Source of the DNA: Lewinella sp.
GTDB lineage: Bacteria; Bacteroidota; Bacteroidia; Chitinophagales; Saprospiraceae
Direction of reading: 5' to 3'
DNA length: 62,981 nt
Assembly: GCA_045110355.1 (NCBI GenBank)
Contig: JBGCFZ010000282.1
Coordinates: 1-62,981, forward strand
In this document: piece after piece, positions 9,140 through 20,900 of the stretch
Numbering within the stretch: position 1 is the first letter of the stretch
How the letters are laid out: every line of letters starts with the position of its first letter
Position numbers and translations under genes: made by a program
The notes under the pieces: generated by a model
What the model was told of the DNA's origin: nothing
The model's database searches: none
The model's input: the letters and a program-made list of their open reading frames with translations, nothing else

Positions 9140-10441
9140 ATGGAATCCCTTAAACAGAAATTTGCTGAAAAAGCACTTGCCCTTTACACCGAACTTCGTG
9201 CCATCAATAAGGAACATGGCGACCAAAAAGTAGACGAAGTAAAGCTAAGCCAGGTAACGGGTGGAGCCCGAGGCATCAAAATGATGCTGTGGGAGACCAG
9301 CCAGCTTGACGCCATCAAAGGGATTCGTTTTCGGGGATACTCTATTCCTGAGATTAAAGAGCTGCTGCCAAGCGGCCCCCAGGGTGAACCTAAGCCAGAA
9401 GGCCTTTTCTGGCTGATGCTTACCGGAGAAGTACCCACTGTAGATGAAGTGGATGCGCTGACCAAAGATTGGCAAAGCCGCGCGGAAGTTTCTGACCAGG
9501 TTTTCAAGACCCTGGAAAGCTTACCCGCTGATACGCACCCGATGACGCAATTCACCATCGCCATCATGGCGATGCAGCCCGACAGCGTATTTGATCGCCG
9601 CTACGGAGAGGGAATGCCGAAGACCGAGCACTGGGATGCTGTCTATGAAGACAGCATGAACCTGATTGCCCGCTTGCCTCGGGTAGCAGCTTATATTTAC
9701 CGCCGTTCGTTCAAAGACGGTAACCATATTGCCCCCGATACCAGCCTGGACTGGAGCGCTAACTTCGCCCATATGCTTGGCAGTGATGACGAAGACTTCC
9801 GTAGTCTGATGCGTCTCTACCTCACCATTCATGCCGATCATGAAGGTGGCAACGCTTCGGCCCACACCGTTAACCTCGTCTCTTCCACACTGGCCGACCC
9901 TTACCGGTCTTTTGCTGCCGGTATGAACTCTCTGGCTGGCCCTCTGCACGGATTGGCCAACCAAGAGGTGATCAAGTGGATTTTCGAGATGATCGAAAAA
10001 CTAGGCACTAAAACTCCTTCCAAAGAACAAATCCAACAATACGTCCAGGAAACATTGGATGCTCGCAAAGTAATCCCCGGCTATGGCCACGCGGTTCTTC
10101 GCGAGCCAGATCCGCGCTTTACGGCGCAACGTCGCTTTGCCGAAGAATACATTAAGGACAGTGAACTGATCGAAACGGTCTGGAAGATCTTCGATGTAGT
10201 TCCACCGATGCTTGAGGCCCTTGGCAAAGTCAAAAACCCATGGCCAAATGTCGACGCTCACTCAGGTGCTCTGCTGGTCCATTATGGCTTTAGTGAGTAC
10301 AGTTTCTACACGGTGCTCTTCGGTGTGAGTCGTGCGCTGGGTGTACTTGCTGCCGGCGTCTGGAGTCGTGCCCTTGGAATGCCACTGGAGCGTCCTAAAT
10401 CCGTCACCAGCGACTGGGTCAAAAGCCAAATCAAGAAGTAA
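9140..10441 (+). CDS. gltA: Citrate (Si)-synthase, eukaryote-like type
   Basis: GIRFRG, HADHEGGNASAH, LAGPLHGLANQEV, PGYGHAVLR, NPWPNVDAHSG, LERPKS. Confidence 0.95.
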   Translation: MESLKQKFAEKALALYTELRAINKEHGDQKVDEVKLSQVTGGARGIKMMLWETSQLDAIKGIRFRGYSIPEIKELLPSGPQGEPKPEGLFWLMLTGEVPTVDEVDALTKDWQSRAEVSDQVFKTLESLPADTHPMTQFTIAIMAMQPDSVFDRRYGEGMPKTEHWDAVYEDSMNLIARLPRVAAYIYRRSFKDGNHIAPDTSLDWSANFAHMLGSDDEDFRSLMRLYLTIHADHEGGNASAHTVNLVSSTLADPYRSFAAGMNSLAGPLHGLANQEVIKWIFEMIEKLGTKTPSKEQIQQYVQETLDARKVIPGYGHAVLREPDPRFTAQRRFAEEYIKDSELIETVWKIFDVVPPMLEALGKVKNPWPNVDAHSGALLVHYGFSEYSFYTVLFGVSRALGVLAAGVWSRALGMPLERPKSVTSDWVKSQIKK

Positions 10442-10550
10442 TTGATGATTCCGGATTATTGACGCTTAATTGTTGATTTGGTAGGATCCATCAATAGTTA
10501 TAAGTCAATAATCAGGAATCACCAATCAGGAATCACCAATCAAGAATTAA
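10441..10550. repeat. Inverted heptamer array (AATCAGG/AATCACC)
   Basis: tgattccggattattgac versus gtcaataatcaggaatcaccaatcaggaatcacc. Confidence 0.7.
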
Positions 10551-10555
10551 ACTGT

Positions 10556-10945
10556 ATGAACGTCCCCGCTAATCTCTTCTATACGGAAGAACACGAATGG
10601 GTCCTCATTGAGGGAAATATTGCCACCGTCGGCATCACGGATTATGCCCAGGATGCCCTGGATGAATTGGTCTACGTGGAAGTGGACACCGTCGGCGAAG
10701 AGTTAGGTCGTAACGAAATCTTTGGTACGGTGGAAGCCGTGAAAACCACGAGTGACCTTTTCCTGCCCCTGGCTGGTAAGATCATTGAATTTAACAGTGA
10801 ACTTAACGAGGACGAAGGAGACAACCCAACGCTGGTAAACGAAGACCCTTATGGGAAGGGATGGATCATAAAAATCGAACTCTCCGACCCAGAAGATCGT
10901 GAAGGGTTGCTTTCTGCTGAGGAGTACGAGAAAGCAATTGTATAA
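10556..10945 (+). CDS. gcvH: Glycine cleavage system H protein
   Basis: YTEEHEW, VGITDYAQ, lipoyl-Lys EAVKTTSD, DPYGKGWI; ATG at 10556. Confidence 0.95.
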   Translation: MNVPANLFYTEEHEWVLIEGNIATVGITDYAQDALDELVYVEVDTVGEELGRNEIFGTVEAVKTTSDLFLPLAGKIIEFNSELNEDEGDNPTLVNEDPYGKGWIIKIELSDPEDREGLLSAEEYEKAIV

Positions 10946-10954
10946 ATTTTTTCT

Positions 10955-11395
10955 TTGCCTCCACCAAAACTAAACTCAGCTGCATCTTCCCACCGTAATC
11001 GTCGCTTACAATGGTTAGTGACAGGCACCTACGCGCTTCTTCTGTTACTGGGAAGTGTGCTGCCAGGAAGTAAATTACCGTCAATTCCTGATTGGAGTAC
11101 ACTATTTTCTCCCGACAAAGTCGCTCATTTTGGTGCGTACGGTCTTTTTGCCTTATTATTGTCGGTCGTCTTTTCGGAACGCCGAATAAGATGGGCAATA
11201 CCTCTGGCTATTTTTGTTGCTGCACTTTTCGGAGGAGCAATGGAATTACTTCAGGGAATTAGTGGGACAGGACGCAGTTCCGACCCCGTTGACATGGTGG
11301 CCAACCTGCTTGGCGCTGTCGGCGGCGGACTGACTTTTCTCCTCTATCAACTACTCAAAACATGGTTGTCCACAACGGTGGAACCAAATGAATAA
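10955..11395 (+). CDS. VanZ family membrane protein
   Basis: DKVAHFGAY, MELLQ, R..D..DMVAN..G. Confidence 0.85.
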   Translation: MPPPKLNSAASSHRNRRLQWLVTGTYALLLLLGSVLPGSKLPSIPDWSTLFSPDKVAHFGAYGLFALLLSVVFSERRIRWAIPLAIFVAALFGGAMELLQGISGTGRSSDPVDMVANLLGAVGGGLTFLLYQLLKTWLSTTVEPNE

Positions 11396-11415
11396 CTTTT
11401 TTAAACTCAATAGTC

Positions 11416-12345
11416 ATGGATATCTCACTTTCCGGAGGTGCCCTGGCAGGAACTTTAGCGGCCATGCTGCTCCTCTTTATTGGACTCATTATCTTCATGA
11501 GAAATGTGTACAAGAAGCGGACAGAGAAGGCACTGCAGGGTGAATACCAGGCAGCCGACGAAGCGAATACCTCTTACCTGGCAAATCGTGCCAAGTACGA
11601 GCGACTCGACGTCTTCGGCCTCAGCTCCACTTTCTTCAACTTCGGCCTTGCGCTGGCAGTGGGGCTTTCCCTCCTCGCCTTCGGTTGGACGCAGTACTCT
11701 AAGGAAATCTACATCCCCGACGGTGCCCTCGATCTCGAAGATGAGATCGAAATGGAGCCGCCGCGGACGGCAGAACCCCCACCCCCACCTCCCCCCCCGC
11801 CACCCCCCGTTATCGAGGAAGTGCCGGAAGAGGAATTGATTGAAGAAGATCCACCGGAATTCGAGGATACCTCTATCGACGAGGAAACTGTAATGGAAGC
11901 TCCGCCGGAAATCGTGGAAGAGGCTGCACCGCCACCCCCTCCACCACCACCGCCGCCGCCGCCACCACCCGCAGTAGACGAGATCTTTAAAGTGGTAGAG
12001 CAAATGCCACTTTTCCCCGGCTGTGAAGACCTGGGTAGCTACGCTGAGAAAAAGCAGTGTGCCGACAAAAAGATGCTCGAATTCATCTACGGTAACATCA
12101 AGTACCCCGCAATTGCACGTGAGAACGGTGTAGAAGGTATGGCCGTTGTCTCTTTCGTAGTTGAAAAAGATGGTACTGTAACTGACGCCAAAGTTGTGCG
12201 GAACCCCGGTGCTAAAACCGGTGAAGAAGCACTTCGCGTGGTTGAATTGATGAACTCCAAGGGCCTCAAATGGAGCCCGGGTAAGCAAGGTGGACGGAAC
12301 GTACGTGTTCAGTTTAACCTTCCGGTGAAGTTCAAGCTCGAGTAG
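11416..12345 (+). CDS. tonB: Energy transducer TonB
   Basis: TM anchor, polyproline linker, C-terminal VEQMP.FPG...IKYP.IA.ENG.EG...F.LPVKFKL. Confidence 0.92.
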   Translation: MDISLSGGALAGTLAAMLLLFIGLIIFMRNVYKKRTEKALQGEYQAADEANTSYLANRAKYERLDVFGLSSTFFNFGLALAVGLSLLAFGWTQYSKEIYIPDGALDLEDEIEMEPPRTAEPPPPPPPPPPPVIEEVPEEELIEEDPPEFEDTSIDEETVMEAPPEIVEEAAPPPPPPPPPPPPPPAVDEIFKVVEQMPLFPGCEDLGSYAEKKQCADKKMLEFIYGNIKYPAIARENGVEGMAVVSFVVEKDGTVTDAKVVRNPGAKTGEEALRVVELMNSKGLKWSPGKQGGRNVRVQFNLPVKFKLE

Positions 12346-12364
12346 AAGCTTCACCCTCAAAATT

Positions 12365-12406
12365 AAAAAGCCGATGTTGTTCCTGATGGAACTTCATCGG
12401 CTTTTT
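12365..12406 (+). terminator. Intrinsic terminator after tonB
   Basis: aaaaagccgatg...catcggcttttt. Confidence 0.8.
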
Positions 12407-12491
12407 GCTTTTGAGCCAGTTCTTTGTTAGCTTATCAATAAAGCAACTTTTTCGCATTAAAAGATCGTTCCATTGTAAAAGACACCTAAAA

Positions 12492-13040
12492 ATGGACCCA
12501 AGAAAAATTAAACGCGCCAGCAGAAAGATCAGCCTGGTACTACGGCACCAGCCCGAAGCCATCGGTATTACACTCGATGATAACGGTTGGGCGAAAGTAG
12601 ATGAACTCCTCAGTCGCCTTTCGGCCACAGGTTATCCGATGAAACGTAAAGATCTGGAACTGATTGTTAGTGAAAATGACAAGCAGCGTTTTAGTTTCAG
12701 TACTGACGGACGGAAAATTCGCGCTAACCAGGGGCACAGCATTGATATAGACCTTCAGCTAGAACCAATCCCTCCTCCCGCAAAGCTCTTCCATGGTACG
12801 GCAACAACCTCCGTGGAGGCGATCATGAAGTCCGGCCTAAAGCCCCAGAAACGCCAACACGTTCACCTTAGCCTGGATTTAAAGACCGCTACAGCGGTTG
12901 GCAGTCGGCATGGCCGTCCCGTTATCCTTGAAGTAGATGCAGCAAGCATGGCTCGAGACGGACACAAATTCTATTGCTCGGCTAATGGCGTATGGTTGGC
13001 CGAAAGCGTGCCGGTTGAATACTTGTCAGTAGATTGGTAG
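12492..13040 (+). CDS. kptA: RNA 2'-phosphotransferase (Tpt1/KptA)
   Basis: SLVLRH, NDKQRF, IRANQGHS, LFHGT, RQHVHLS, NGVWL; ATG at 12492. Confidence 0.93.
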   Translation: MDPRKIKRASRKISLVLRHQPEAIGITLDDNGWAKVDELLSRLSATGYPMKRKDLELIVSENDKQRFSFSTDGRKIRANQGHSIDIDLQLEPIPPPAKLFHGTATTSVEAIMKSGLKPQKRQHVHLSLDLKTATAVGSRHGRPVILEVDAASMARDGHKFYCSANGVWLAESVPVEYLSVDW

Positions 13041-13083
13041 CACCTAAATAAGTGCAAAAAATCATCTGCTGATGGAGGCGCTA

Positions 13084-14550
13084 TTATTCCTCGGTCTCTT
13101 CAGTCTCCTCCGGCGGCGTTTCTTTAACGACGCCCGGTAATCCGCCACGAATCCATAGATCTCGTTGGGGGAAAGGAATTTCAATGCCCCTGGCCCGAAA
13201 GGCGGCGTCAATGGCAAAGCGTAGATCGCTTTTAATGTTCTCGACCCGGATAAAATCACGCGACCAGAAAAGCACCTCAAAATTCAGGGAGGAATCACCA
13301 AAATCAAGGAAGCGAACGAATGGCTTGGGGTTGTCCAGTGTCCGTGGGTGGTCGTCAGCAACCTGTTCCAGTATTTCTTTAACCAGGGCGGTGTCGGAGC
13401 CATAAGCAACGCCTACGGTAACGTGAAATCTGGCCTTGCGTTCGATGTGGCTCCAGTTGGTAACGTTCTCTCCAATCAGCTTCGAGTTGGGAACGAAGAT
13501 GATGATGTCGTCCCGGGTCTCCACGATACTGGTACGCGCCCCGATTCGGCGCACAGTGCCTACCTGATGGCCGGTGAGCTCCACCACGTCTCCTACCTTC
13601 ACGGATCGCTCAAAGAGAATAATGATGCCGCAAATCAGGTCGTTGAACGTTTGCTGAAGACCAATACCAATACCAACCAATAAGGCTGCAGCACCGGTCC
13701 AGATGGCGACCAGGTTGAAACCTGCCGTTTGAACTACCAGGAGAATACCGATCAAGTAGGCAAAATAAGTGAACAGTCGATTGATGGCAAACTGACTGCC
13801 TGTATCGATCTTACTCCGCTGGTAATACCCCCGAAGCAGGAAAGAAACAAAGAAATTGATGGCCAGGCTGATCAGCAGGAAAATGAAAATGGTATTCGCC
13901 AGGCGACCTACGGAAAATGGGATCGTTTTTTTCATGCCCGTAGGCAAGTTGAATAGGTCATACGGTGCCAGTCCGGTATCATTGACGATGATGATGATCG
14001 CCAACATGTAGAGTACTGGTTTGAGCCATTTGATCCTGTCAGGAAGACCAGCGCCAGCGGCAATGGAGCCTCCTGCCTTTTTAGCCCTCGACTTCTTACG
14101 GTGGAAACGTTGTGTCAGCACTTCTCCAAGCACCAGGTCAAGTACATTGGCCACTACGAAGGCGAGAAACGCCTTGATCAGCGTACTGATACGGACAATA
14201 AACTTCAACGGGTTGTCATTCGCCGCATCGGGATTCTCCATTTCGTACCGCTTAAGTTCATCGGCAGAGAGAAGAGATTCTTCAATTAGTTTATAATCAA
14301 GGTTGAAAACGCGCAGAACCACAACGATGAAAAAGCTGAACAGGAGTAGTTTGGTTACCCGCAACGTCCGCTCCCGGTTCTTACTGGAAGTAGTCTCTTT
14401 TCCAAAATACCAGGGAAAGACCTTTCTACGCAACAAGCGATAGATGCCCAGCATGAGCAGGGTGAGGACAACGATCTCCAGGGCCTGAAATAGGTTCACG
14501 CTGAATAGCCCCCGGTATTCCAGTAATATTATTTCGCTTAATTTTTTCAT
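13084..14550 (-). CDS. MscS family mechanosensitive channel
   Basis: GIGIGLQQTFNDLICGII.LFERSVKVGD, VPNS, VGVAYGSD, FGDSSL, IEIPFPQRD; start placed at MKKLSE. Confidence 0.92.
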   Translation of the reverse strand: MKKLSEIILLEYRGLFSVNLFQALEIVVLTLLMLGIYRLLRRKVFPWYFGKETTSSKNRERTLRVTKLLLFSFFIVVVLRVFNLDYKLIEESLLSADELKRYEMENPDAANDNPLKFIVRISTLIKAFLAFVVANVLDLVLGEVLTQRFHRKKSRAKKAGGSIAAGAGLPDRIKWLKPVLYMLAIIIIVNDTGLAPYDLFNLPTGMKKTIPFSVGRLANTIFIFLLISLAINFFVSFLLRGYYQRSKIDTGSQFAINRLFTYFAYLIGILLVVQTAGFNLVAIWTGAAALLVGIGIGLQQTFNDLICGIIILFERSVKVGDVVELTGHQVGTVRRIGARTSIVETRDDIIIFVPNSKLIGENVTNWSHIERKARFHVTVGVAYGSDTALVKEILEQVADDHPRTLDNPKPFVRFLDFGDSSLNFEVLFWSRDFIRVENIKSDLRFAIDAAFRARGIEIPFPQRDLWIRGGLPGVVKETPPEETEETEE

Positions 14551-14813
14551 AGCGGTTGTGCGAATGTAACCGGAATTTTCGGAACCTGCGTAGTGTCTCA
14601 GTCCATAAGCCAGGGCAAACGCATCAAAACAGAATGTATAACCATAAGGTTGATTTCCTGTTGGAACGACCGCAGGGAGCTGCCACATGCGGTAGCTAAA
14701 TCAAGAATCGAGTATCGCCAATCGCATATCGCCAATCAAAAACGTGGCAAACGAAGTTTGATGCGTTTGCCCTAGTCCATAAGCCTATCCATGTAGCTAG
14801 GGAGGTGGGATGA

Positions 14814-17477
14814 TTACCGCATCAATACTACCGTCCCCGACTCTCGCTGTAATTCTCCGGTAGTTAACCGTACTTCAGCCGTCCAGATATAGGCTGAGAT
14901 GCCAGCTACCTGTCCGTTGAGCATCCCATCCCAGCCCCGGCGACCGTCGTTTGGTGGAAAGTCATAATCTTCCCAAAGCAACTCTCCCCAGCGGGAGAGG
15001 ACTTGGAAAGATAGGACCCGCTCTACCTGGAGTGGATTGGCATAAATGGCAACGTAGTCATTGGTTCCATCGCCATTTGGCGTAAAAATATTAGGAACAT
15101 AAACCGGTATGCGGCCATCGACAGCCACAAAGGTCACCAGGCTGTCGGTGCAACCATAAAGATTATCGATGGCCAGGCTAATGGGCTGGCTACTGGGCGC
15201 ACTGACAGTTGGCGTGGGGCAGGTGGGACAGTCGAATAATTCAGCTGGGTGCCAGCGATAGGCTACAATTTGATCCGGCGGAACAAAGTAATCGGGAACG
15301 ACCTGAGCGCTTCCGGCAATTTCCTGGGGCACGAAGCTTGGCAGACGGGCCGGTCGGCGGGTAGCTTTCGGGAAAAAGAAATCGGGCTGCGTAATTTCAC
15401 AACCTTCGGCGTCTCTGATGCGCAGCGTGTAGAATTGGCCTTCGTTCAGGCTTTCAAAACCGGATCGGTCGAAGTAATTAACGCCATCAATGCTATAGGC
15501 ATAGGGCGGCCGGCCACCACCTGCGGAAGGAATAAGGGGAGGACGACGCACCTCTGTGCAGGTAATTACCACGGGCATCAGGGGGTCAGGATCCCTAAGG
15601 TTCAGTGTGCGTTCACTGGTGCAGCCTAGGGCATCGGTAACTCGTAGGGAGTAATTGCCAGCTGGAAGGTTGTCTGCCATTAGGCCTGGTGGGCTAATGC
15701 CCGTCCAGTCGTATTGATAAGGAGGCACGGTAGGCAGGTGAGTAACGGAGATGGCTCCGTCGTTCTGGCCGGCACAACTCGGGTTAGTAAGCCTGGGGTT
15801 AATAGCAGGCTCGAAAAAGTCAGCGCGTAGTACCTCGTTTACCGCAATGCTGCAAGCCCGGTCTTCAACGGAGATAAGATTATAATTACCGCCGCGGTCG
15901 ATGGGCCAGGCCTGCCGTCCGTCATTATTGAACTCCCGGGTTTCCAGCGGACCGCCGTTCAGCTGATAAGTAACGGTGATTGGAGCCGTTCCGGTAAGGT
16001 CAAGGATGATGGCCTGATCTTCTCCCCTGCAGGCCTGGAGGTCCTGAATTGGCAGGCTTAATGATGGCGGGACGCTGCTGAAAGTAGCGATGGACCGGCT
16101 AATTGCCTGCCCGCAGGCATCCGTTACCGTCAGGTCAATTGAAGTGGGTAGGGGAGGCGTTAATCGCGGAGCCGGTTCTGTACTGCCAAAACTCCACTGG
16201 TAGCGGAAAGGGGGCACTCCACCGCTTACTTCCGGCTGCAGGGTGGCCGTTTCGTCCGGGCAGTAATAGGCTTCGGCAAGTCCTACCTCAAGCGTAGCAG
16301 GCTCATTAATGATCAGCTCGATGGAATCGGTGTAACAAGCACAGGGGATGTCGAGATACAACCAGGCATTTTCAGGCCCTTCGGCTACGCCATCAGCGAA
16401 AGCAACAATGGGAATTTCTGCAAACATCGCACCAGGAGGAATAGTGATTTCTCCGGTGCCGGCGGTAAAGTCGGTGCCTTCCGTCGCCGTAGAATTATTA
16501 CCGATTCGGTAGGCGATGGTTTGGGCCCTGGCCGGGTTGCTTTCCGGGCCACGCTGTACGCGGAAATTGGTTGTGGCACAGCCCTCAAAAATAGTGGGCG
16601 TATTGATGGTGTCTCCACCCTCGCCAGCAAGTGAAACACTACCGCCCAGGTCAAAGCTTCCTGCTTCAAGGAATACCGCAGAGTCAAGGTCGCTGTCTTC
16701 AACATCCCCGACGACCATTCTGATATGGTAGGTCTGGCAGGTCTGAAGTTCTACCGTTGCCGTTAAGATGACGGTCTGTCCATCGTATTCAATGTCCAGG
16801 AACCGGGGGCCGGTTGTTGCGGCTCCACCGCAGTTGGCAATGCTCCGAACGCTGGGGAACTCGTTGTCGAGGTACAGCGCGCGGTTGGCGGAGTAGTTTA
16901 CGTTGTTGATGCTAACTGGCTGATTGGTGCCAGGGATGGTCGCGATGTTAACCGCATTATCATCAAAAGGACCGTTAAGGCCGGGCCCACTAATGAAGAA
17001 GCCGAATATGTCGTTGAAGGCCGCATCTACAAATTCACAATATTCCTCTGAAGCAAAAACATAGCGAAAAGTAACGGTTGGCTGTAGAGGAATGAAGTCA
17101 AATTCGAGACCGCTACGGTCAAATATTTCCCCGGTGCTGGCCAGGGAAAGGTCCGGGTCAGGCGTCAGGCCCTCGAGTTCACTCCCGACGTTGGTGTCGT
17201 CATTGGGTCCGGCGGCATCGGCGATTTTGCCAGTGGAAATAACAATCCCCCTGCCGAAGCCTACAATACTGTCCGGGCCAGAGAAAAAACCGATTCCATC
17301 GGGGTTGCTACCGATCTGACGGATGTTGAAGATTGTTTCGCACTCGCCGGAAGCGAATACGTCACGGACTAACCGGTCGGCCTCATAATCGGGGTCGAGC
17401 ATAAGCCCCTGGCCCGTAAGTAGCACGGGAGCCATGGCCAGTAAAGGCAGGCAAAAAATGTAGCGTAGTAACGACAA
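14814..17477 (-). CDS. T9SS type-B cargo protein with choice-of-anchor L-like N-domain, Calx-beta-like and SprB-like repeats
   Basis: FRYVFASEEY.EFV...FND.FGFFISGPG; DSAVFL; C-terminal VPNIFTPNGDGTND...RWG...WDG. Confidence 0.85.
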   Translation of the reverse strand: MSLLRYIFCLPLLAMAPVLLTGQGLMLDPDYEADRLVRDVFASGECETIFNIRQIGSNPDGIGFFSGPDSIVGFGRGIVISTGKIADAAGPNDDTNVGSELEGLTPDPDLSLASTGEIFDRSGLEFDFIPLQPTVTFRYVFASEEYCEFVDAAFNDIFGFFISGPGLNGPFDDNAVNIATIPGTNQPVSINNVNYSANRALYLDNEFPSVRSIANCGGAATTGPRFLDIEYDGQTVILTATVELQTCQTYHIRMVVGDVEDSDLDSAVFLEAGSFDLGGSVSLAGEGGDTINTPTIFEGCATTNFRVQRGPESNPARAQTIAYRIGNNSTATEGTDFTAGTGEITIPPGAMFAEIPIVAFADGVAEGPENAWLYLDIPCACYTDSIELIINEPATLEVGLAEAYYCPDETATLQPEVSGGVPPFRYQWSFGSTEPAPRLTPPLPTSIDLTVTDACGQAISRSIATFSSVPPSLSLPIQDLQACRGEDQAIILDLTGTAPITVTYQLNGGPLETREFNNDGRQAWPIDRGGNYNLISVEDRACSIAVNEVLRADFFEPAINPRLTNPSCAGQNDGAISVTHLPTVPPYQYDWTGISPPGLMADNLPAGNYSLRVTDALGCTSERTLNLRDPDPLMPVVITCTEVRRPPLIPSAGGGRPPYAYSIDGVNYFDRSGFESLNEGQFYTLRIRDAEGCEITQPDFFFPKATRRPARLPSFVPQEIAGSAQVVPDYFVPPDQIVAYRWHPAELFDCPTCPTPTVSAPSSQPISLAIDNLYGCTDSLVTFVAVDGRIPVYVPNIFTPNGDGTNDYVAIYANPLQVERVLSFQVLSRWGELLWEDYDFPPNDGRRGWDGMLNGQVAGISAYIWTAEVRLTTGELQRESGTVVLMR

Positions 17478-17676
17478 ATCTTAGTTTTTGGGCGGGGGAC
17501 TCGTTCAAAACACAATTTCAACCTACTTGCCAGCTGAAGCCTGAGCAAGGAATTATTCTTTCGAAAGGTACAACCAAAAGTAAACGTAAAAACAAGTATA
17601 CTTCGTGAGTCGGGAAAAGTATTCTTTCGGGCGTTTAGAATGCGGTGTAGTGGAGCCGGGCAACGGTGTAAGCATT

Positions 17677-17779
17677 GGGCGCGGCCGCAGGTGCAGAGGA
17701 AGAATTAGAAGCGCAGGGGAGATAAACGTCGGTTTTGCCTGCTATTATTGTCCCTTTGTCCGCACCTGCGGCCGCGCCC
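17677..17779. repeat. Inverted pair of family-1 repeats
   Basis: gggcgcggccgcaggtgca ... gcacctgcggccgcgccc. Confidence 0.9.
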
Positions 17780-17948
17780 TGATCTTTATGACCCGCTCAA
17801 AAGCGTTAAAACCTGTCGATTTTAACAATAACTTGGCTCAATACATATAAAATTTATTGTGATCGGACGCAATTCACTAAATTTACCAGATAATCTCACA
17901 TTGGAGTTGATGCTATTTACGGCCAATCATCATCTCAAAACTATTGTT

Positions 17949-20900
17949 ATGCACAAGAATTTATACTTCAACGCGTTCCGTTTACTTTTTTGCACGCTTC
18001 TTTTAACGACGACCATTTTTGCACAGGATCCAGGAAGTGGTGATCGACGACCTTGCCAGGAAGACGCCATCGTCAGTCTTGCTTTTTCCGGTGCTACGGA
18101 ATTAAATACCTGTACGGATGACGACATTATGGATCGCATTCGTTTTCAAGTCAACAATTTCAACCAGGCTTATGCCTATGTGGTGGTAGACCAAGGAGAC
18201 ATCATTCGCTCCATCGGCTTCAGCAATTTCATTAATTTTGATATGCTGCCTTCTGGCACCCTCCGGGTCTTTGCCTTTTCCAACTACGGCCGAATTACGG
18301 CCAGTGTTGGTGAAGACTTCAATACGGCAACCTTGTCCGTTCCTTGTGCGGGCCTTACTGCAAACTTCGTTACCGTCAACAACGGTACTTCCGGAGAAGT
18401 CGTCATCATGGCAGAGCAGGATGCTTATGATATTTGCCTGGATGATGAACCCGACCTGGTCACGTTTACGTCATCAGTACCCAATTCTTCCTTTGTTGTC
18501 GTCAGTGCTGCTGGTACGATCAATGCGATCAGCGAAACGGGCGTAATTGACTTTAATAATGCTACACCGGGAAATTGCAGGGCGTATGCCTTTGCTTCAC
18601 CGAATGGTGTGCCAGCAGCACCGGGTGATCCCTTCAGCGTACTCGATGGTATTTCAGGTTGTGGTATCGGCCTCTCCACCAACTTTATTGCCATCAACCG
18701 TTCAGAAGCTAACGGTGGTACCATCTTGACAACTGACGGAGAAGACAGTGTGCTTACCTGCCCCGGAGATGGCAACGATGACTTGATCGACTTCGCCATC
18801 ACTGGTGCCTCCGGGGGGAGCAGTCGCATCATTGTTACCGATGATCAAAACATGATCATTGGATTGCCAGAAGGCACTTCGGTCAACTTTGATGACGCTG
18901 GTGTCGGCGTTTGCCGTGCCTGGAACCTTGCCTTCACGGGAGATTTCATCGCTGTAGTCGGACAGAATATCCTTGAAGCACAGTTGGCCAGTGGTTGCCA
19001 GGACCTCTCCGATGGTTTCGTTGAAGTTCGCCGCGAAGTGCCAGTTGGAGGTACCGTTTTAACAATTGATGGACTAAGTGACGTACAGACTTGCCCCAAT
19101 GACGGCGAAGCTGACGTGATTGAGGTTTTTTGTACCGGAGCCTCTGGTGGATCAGTGATTTACCTGATAACCGACGGAAACGGTGACCTGCTTGGATCCA
19201 ATACGGAGCCAAGCTTTGATGTAGAAGGTGCGGGTACTGGTGCCTGCCGTATTTATGCGCTTACTTACCAGGGTAACCTCACACTTGAGGAAGGGGTGAA
19301 TGTTCCCACGGCGACTAATCTTGCCGACGACTGTTTTGCCCTCAGTGTTACGTTCGTAACTGTTAATCGGTTAGCGCCCGAAGGCGGCTTGATAACGACC
19401 GATGAAGGGCTGATAGCGTTGACCGTCTGCCCGGGTGATGGTATTGATGATAACGTTGGCTTCGTTAGAATCGGAGCGGATGTTACGGCTGATTACACTT
19501 ACGTTGTAACCGATGTCGATAACAATGTTCTGGCTATTCCGACGGATGATGTTGTGAATTTTGATGCAGCGCCTAATGGTATCTGTCGTGTTTGGGGCCT
19601 CAGTTATGTGGGCCACCTTACCATTGAGGAAGGAGATGATTTGTTAGCCACCGAGCTGTCAGATGGCTGTTTTGACCTTAGTGTGAATTTTGTAACCGTA
19701 ATTCGGGAATCTCCGGAAGGAGGCTCTATTCTTACGGTAGCGGGAGAAAGCAGTCTGCTTATTTGTCCTGGTGACGGAAATGATGACATCGTTGAATTTG
19801 CGGTAACCGGAGCTACCGGCCCGGAGAATCGTCTGATCATTACGGATGAGAATAATATGATCATTGGCCTGCCTGAAGGGCCAACGGCTAACTTTGATAC
19901 CGCTCCCGTTGGCGTATGCCGTGTTTGGAACGTGAGCTTTTATGGAGACTTTACGGCTGCAATTGGACAAGATCTCATGGTTGGTCCATTGACGGAAGGA
20001 TGTAACGATCTATCGGAGGACTTCGTAGAGATTCGTCGGGAAGTTCCAGCCGGAGGTACCATTCTGACGACTGATGGTGACAGTGAAGTGGAGACCTGCC
20101 CCGGTGATGGAAATGCTGATTTGATTGAGGTGGTGACCACCGATGCCTCTGGTGGAACACTGGTTTACCTCATTACGGATGCAGACAATGTCCTGTTAGA
20201 TTTCAGTGAAACGCCTAGTTTCGACGTTGAAGGTGCTGGCGTAGGTGCGTGCCGAATTTACTCCTTAACCTACCAGGGTACGCTTACGCTTACCCCCGGA
20301 ATGGATGTCACCACTGCAACGGACTTGGCTGACAACTGCTTTGCACTTAGTACGACCTTTGTTAATGTTATTCGTAGCATACCCGCTGGCGGTACCGTTG
20401 CTACCGAAGACGGAGAAACGGAAATTACTGTTTGTCCCGGAGACGGAATAGCTGATGAAGTAGTCTTTGTTAGTACCGATGCTGACCCTACGGCCAACTT
20501 TACCTTCGTGGTGACGGATGCGGACAACCTTGTGCTCAGTATTCCTACTGGTAATTCGGCCAACTTTGAGGATGCTCCTCTGGGAGCCTGCCGCCTTTGG
20601 GGGGTAAGTTATGCAGGTATGTTATTGATTGAGGCTGGAGACGACCTTACTGAGACCATCCTGTCAGATGCCTGTTTCTCCCTTAGTGACAACTTCGTAA
20701 CGGTATTCCGGGAACTGCCAACAGGTGGAACCGTTCAACTCGATAACGGTGCTACTGAAGCAACCGTTTGCCCAGGAGATGGGGTCAACGATGTTTTAAC
20801 TTTCGTAAGTGAGGGCTCCGTCGGAGATAACTTCACTTTTGTGATTACCGACGAGAATGGCAGTATTCTTGGGTTTCCAGCCAGTGCTTCCGTTAACTTC

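Noticed and set aside
9140-10441. Eukaryote-like citrate synthase as a recent eukaryotic transfer
   Set aside because: This type is already known in several bacterial lineages and its composition looks like that of neighbouring genes
11455-12360. 301-aa minus-strand ORF, and similar long antisense ORFs over infB, dapA and gltA
   Set aside because: Shadow frames of well-supported genes with biased codon usage; no motifs
12492-13040. kptA as part of the tRNA-array system
   Set aside because: About 34 kb away with no shared motif; any link is speculative
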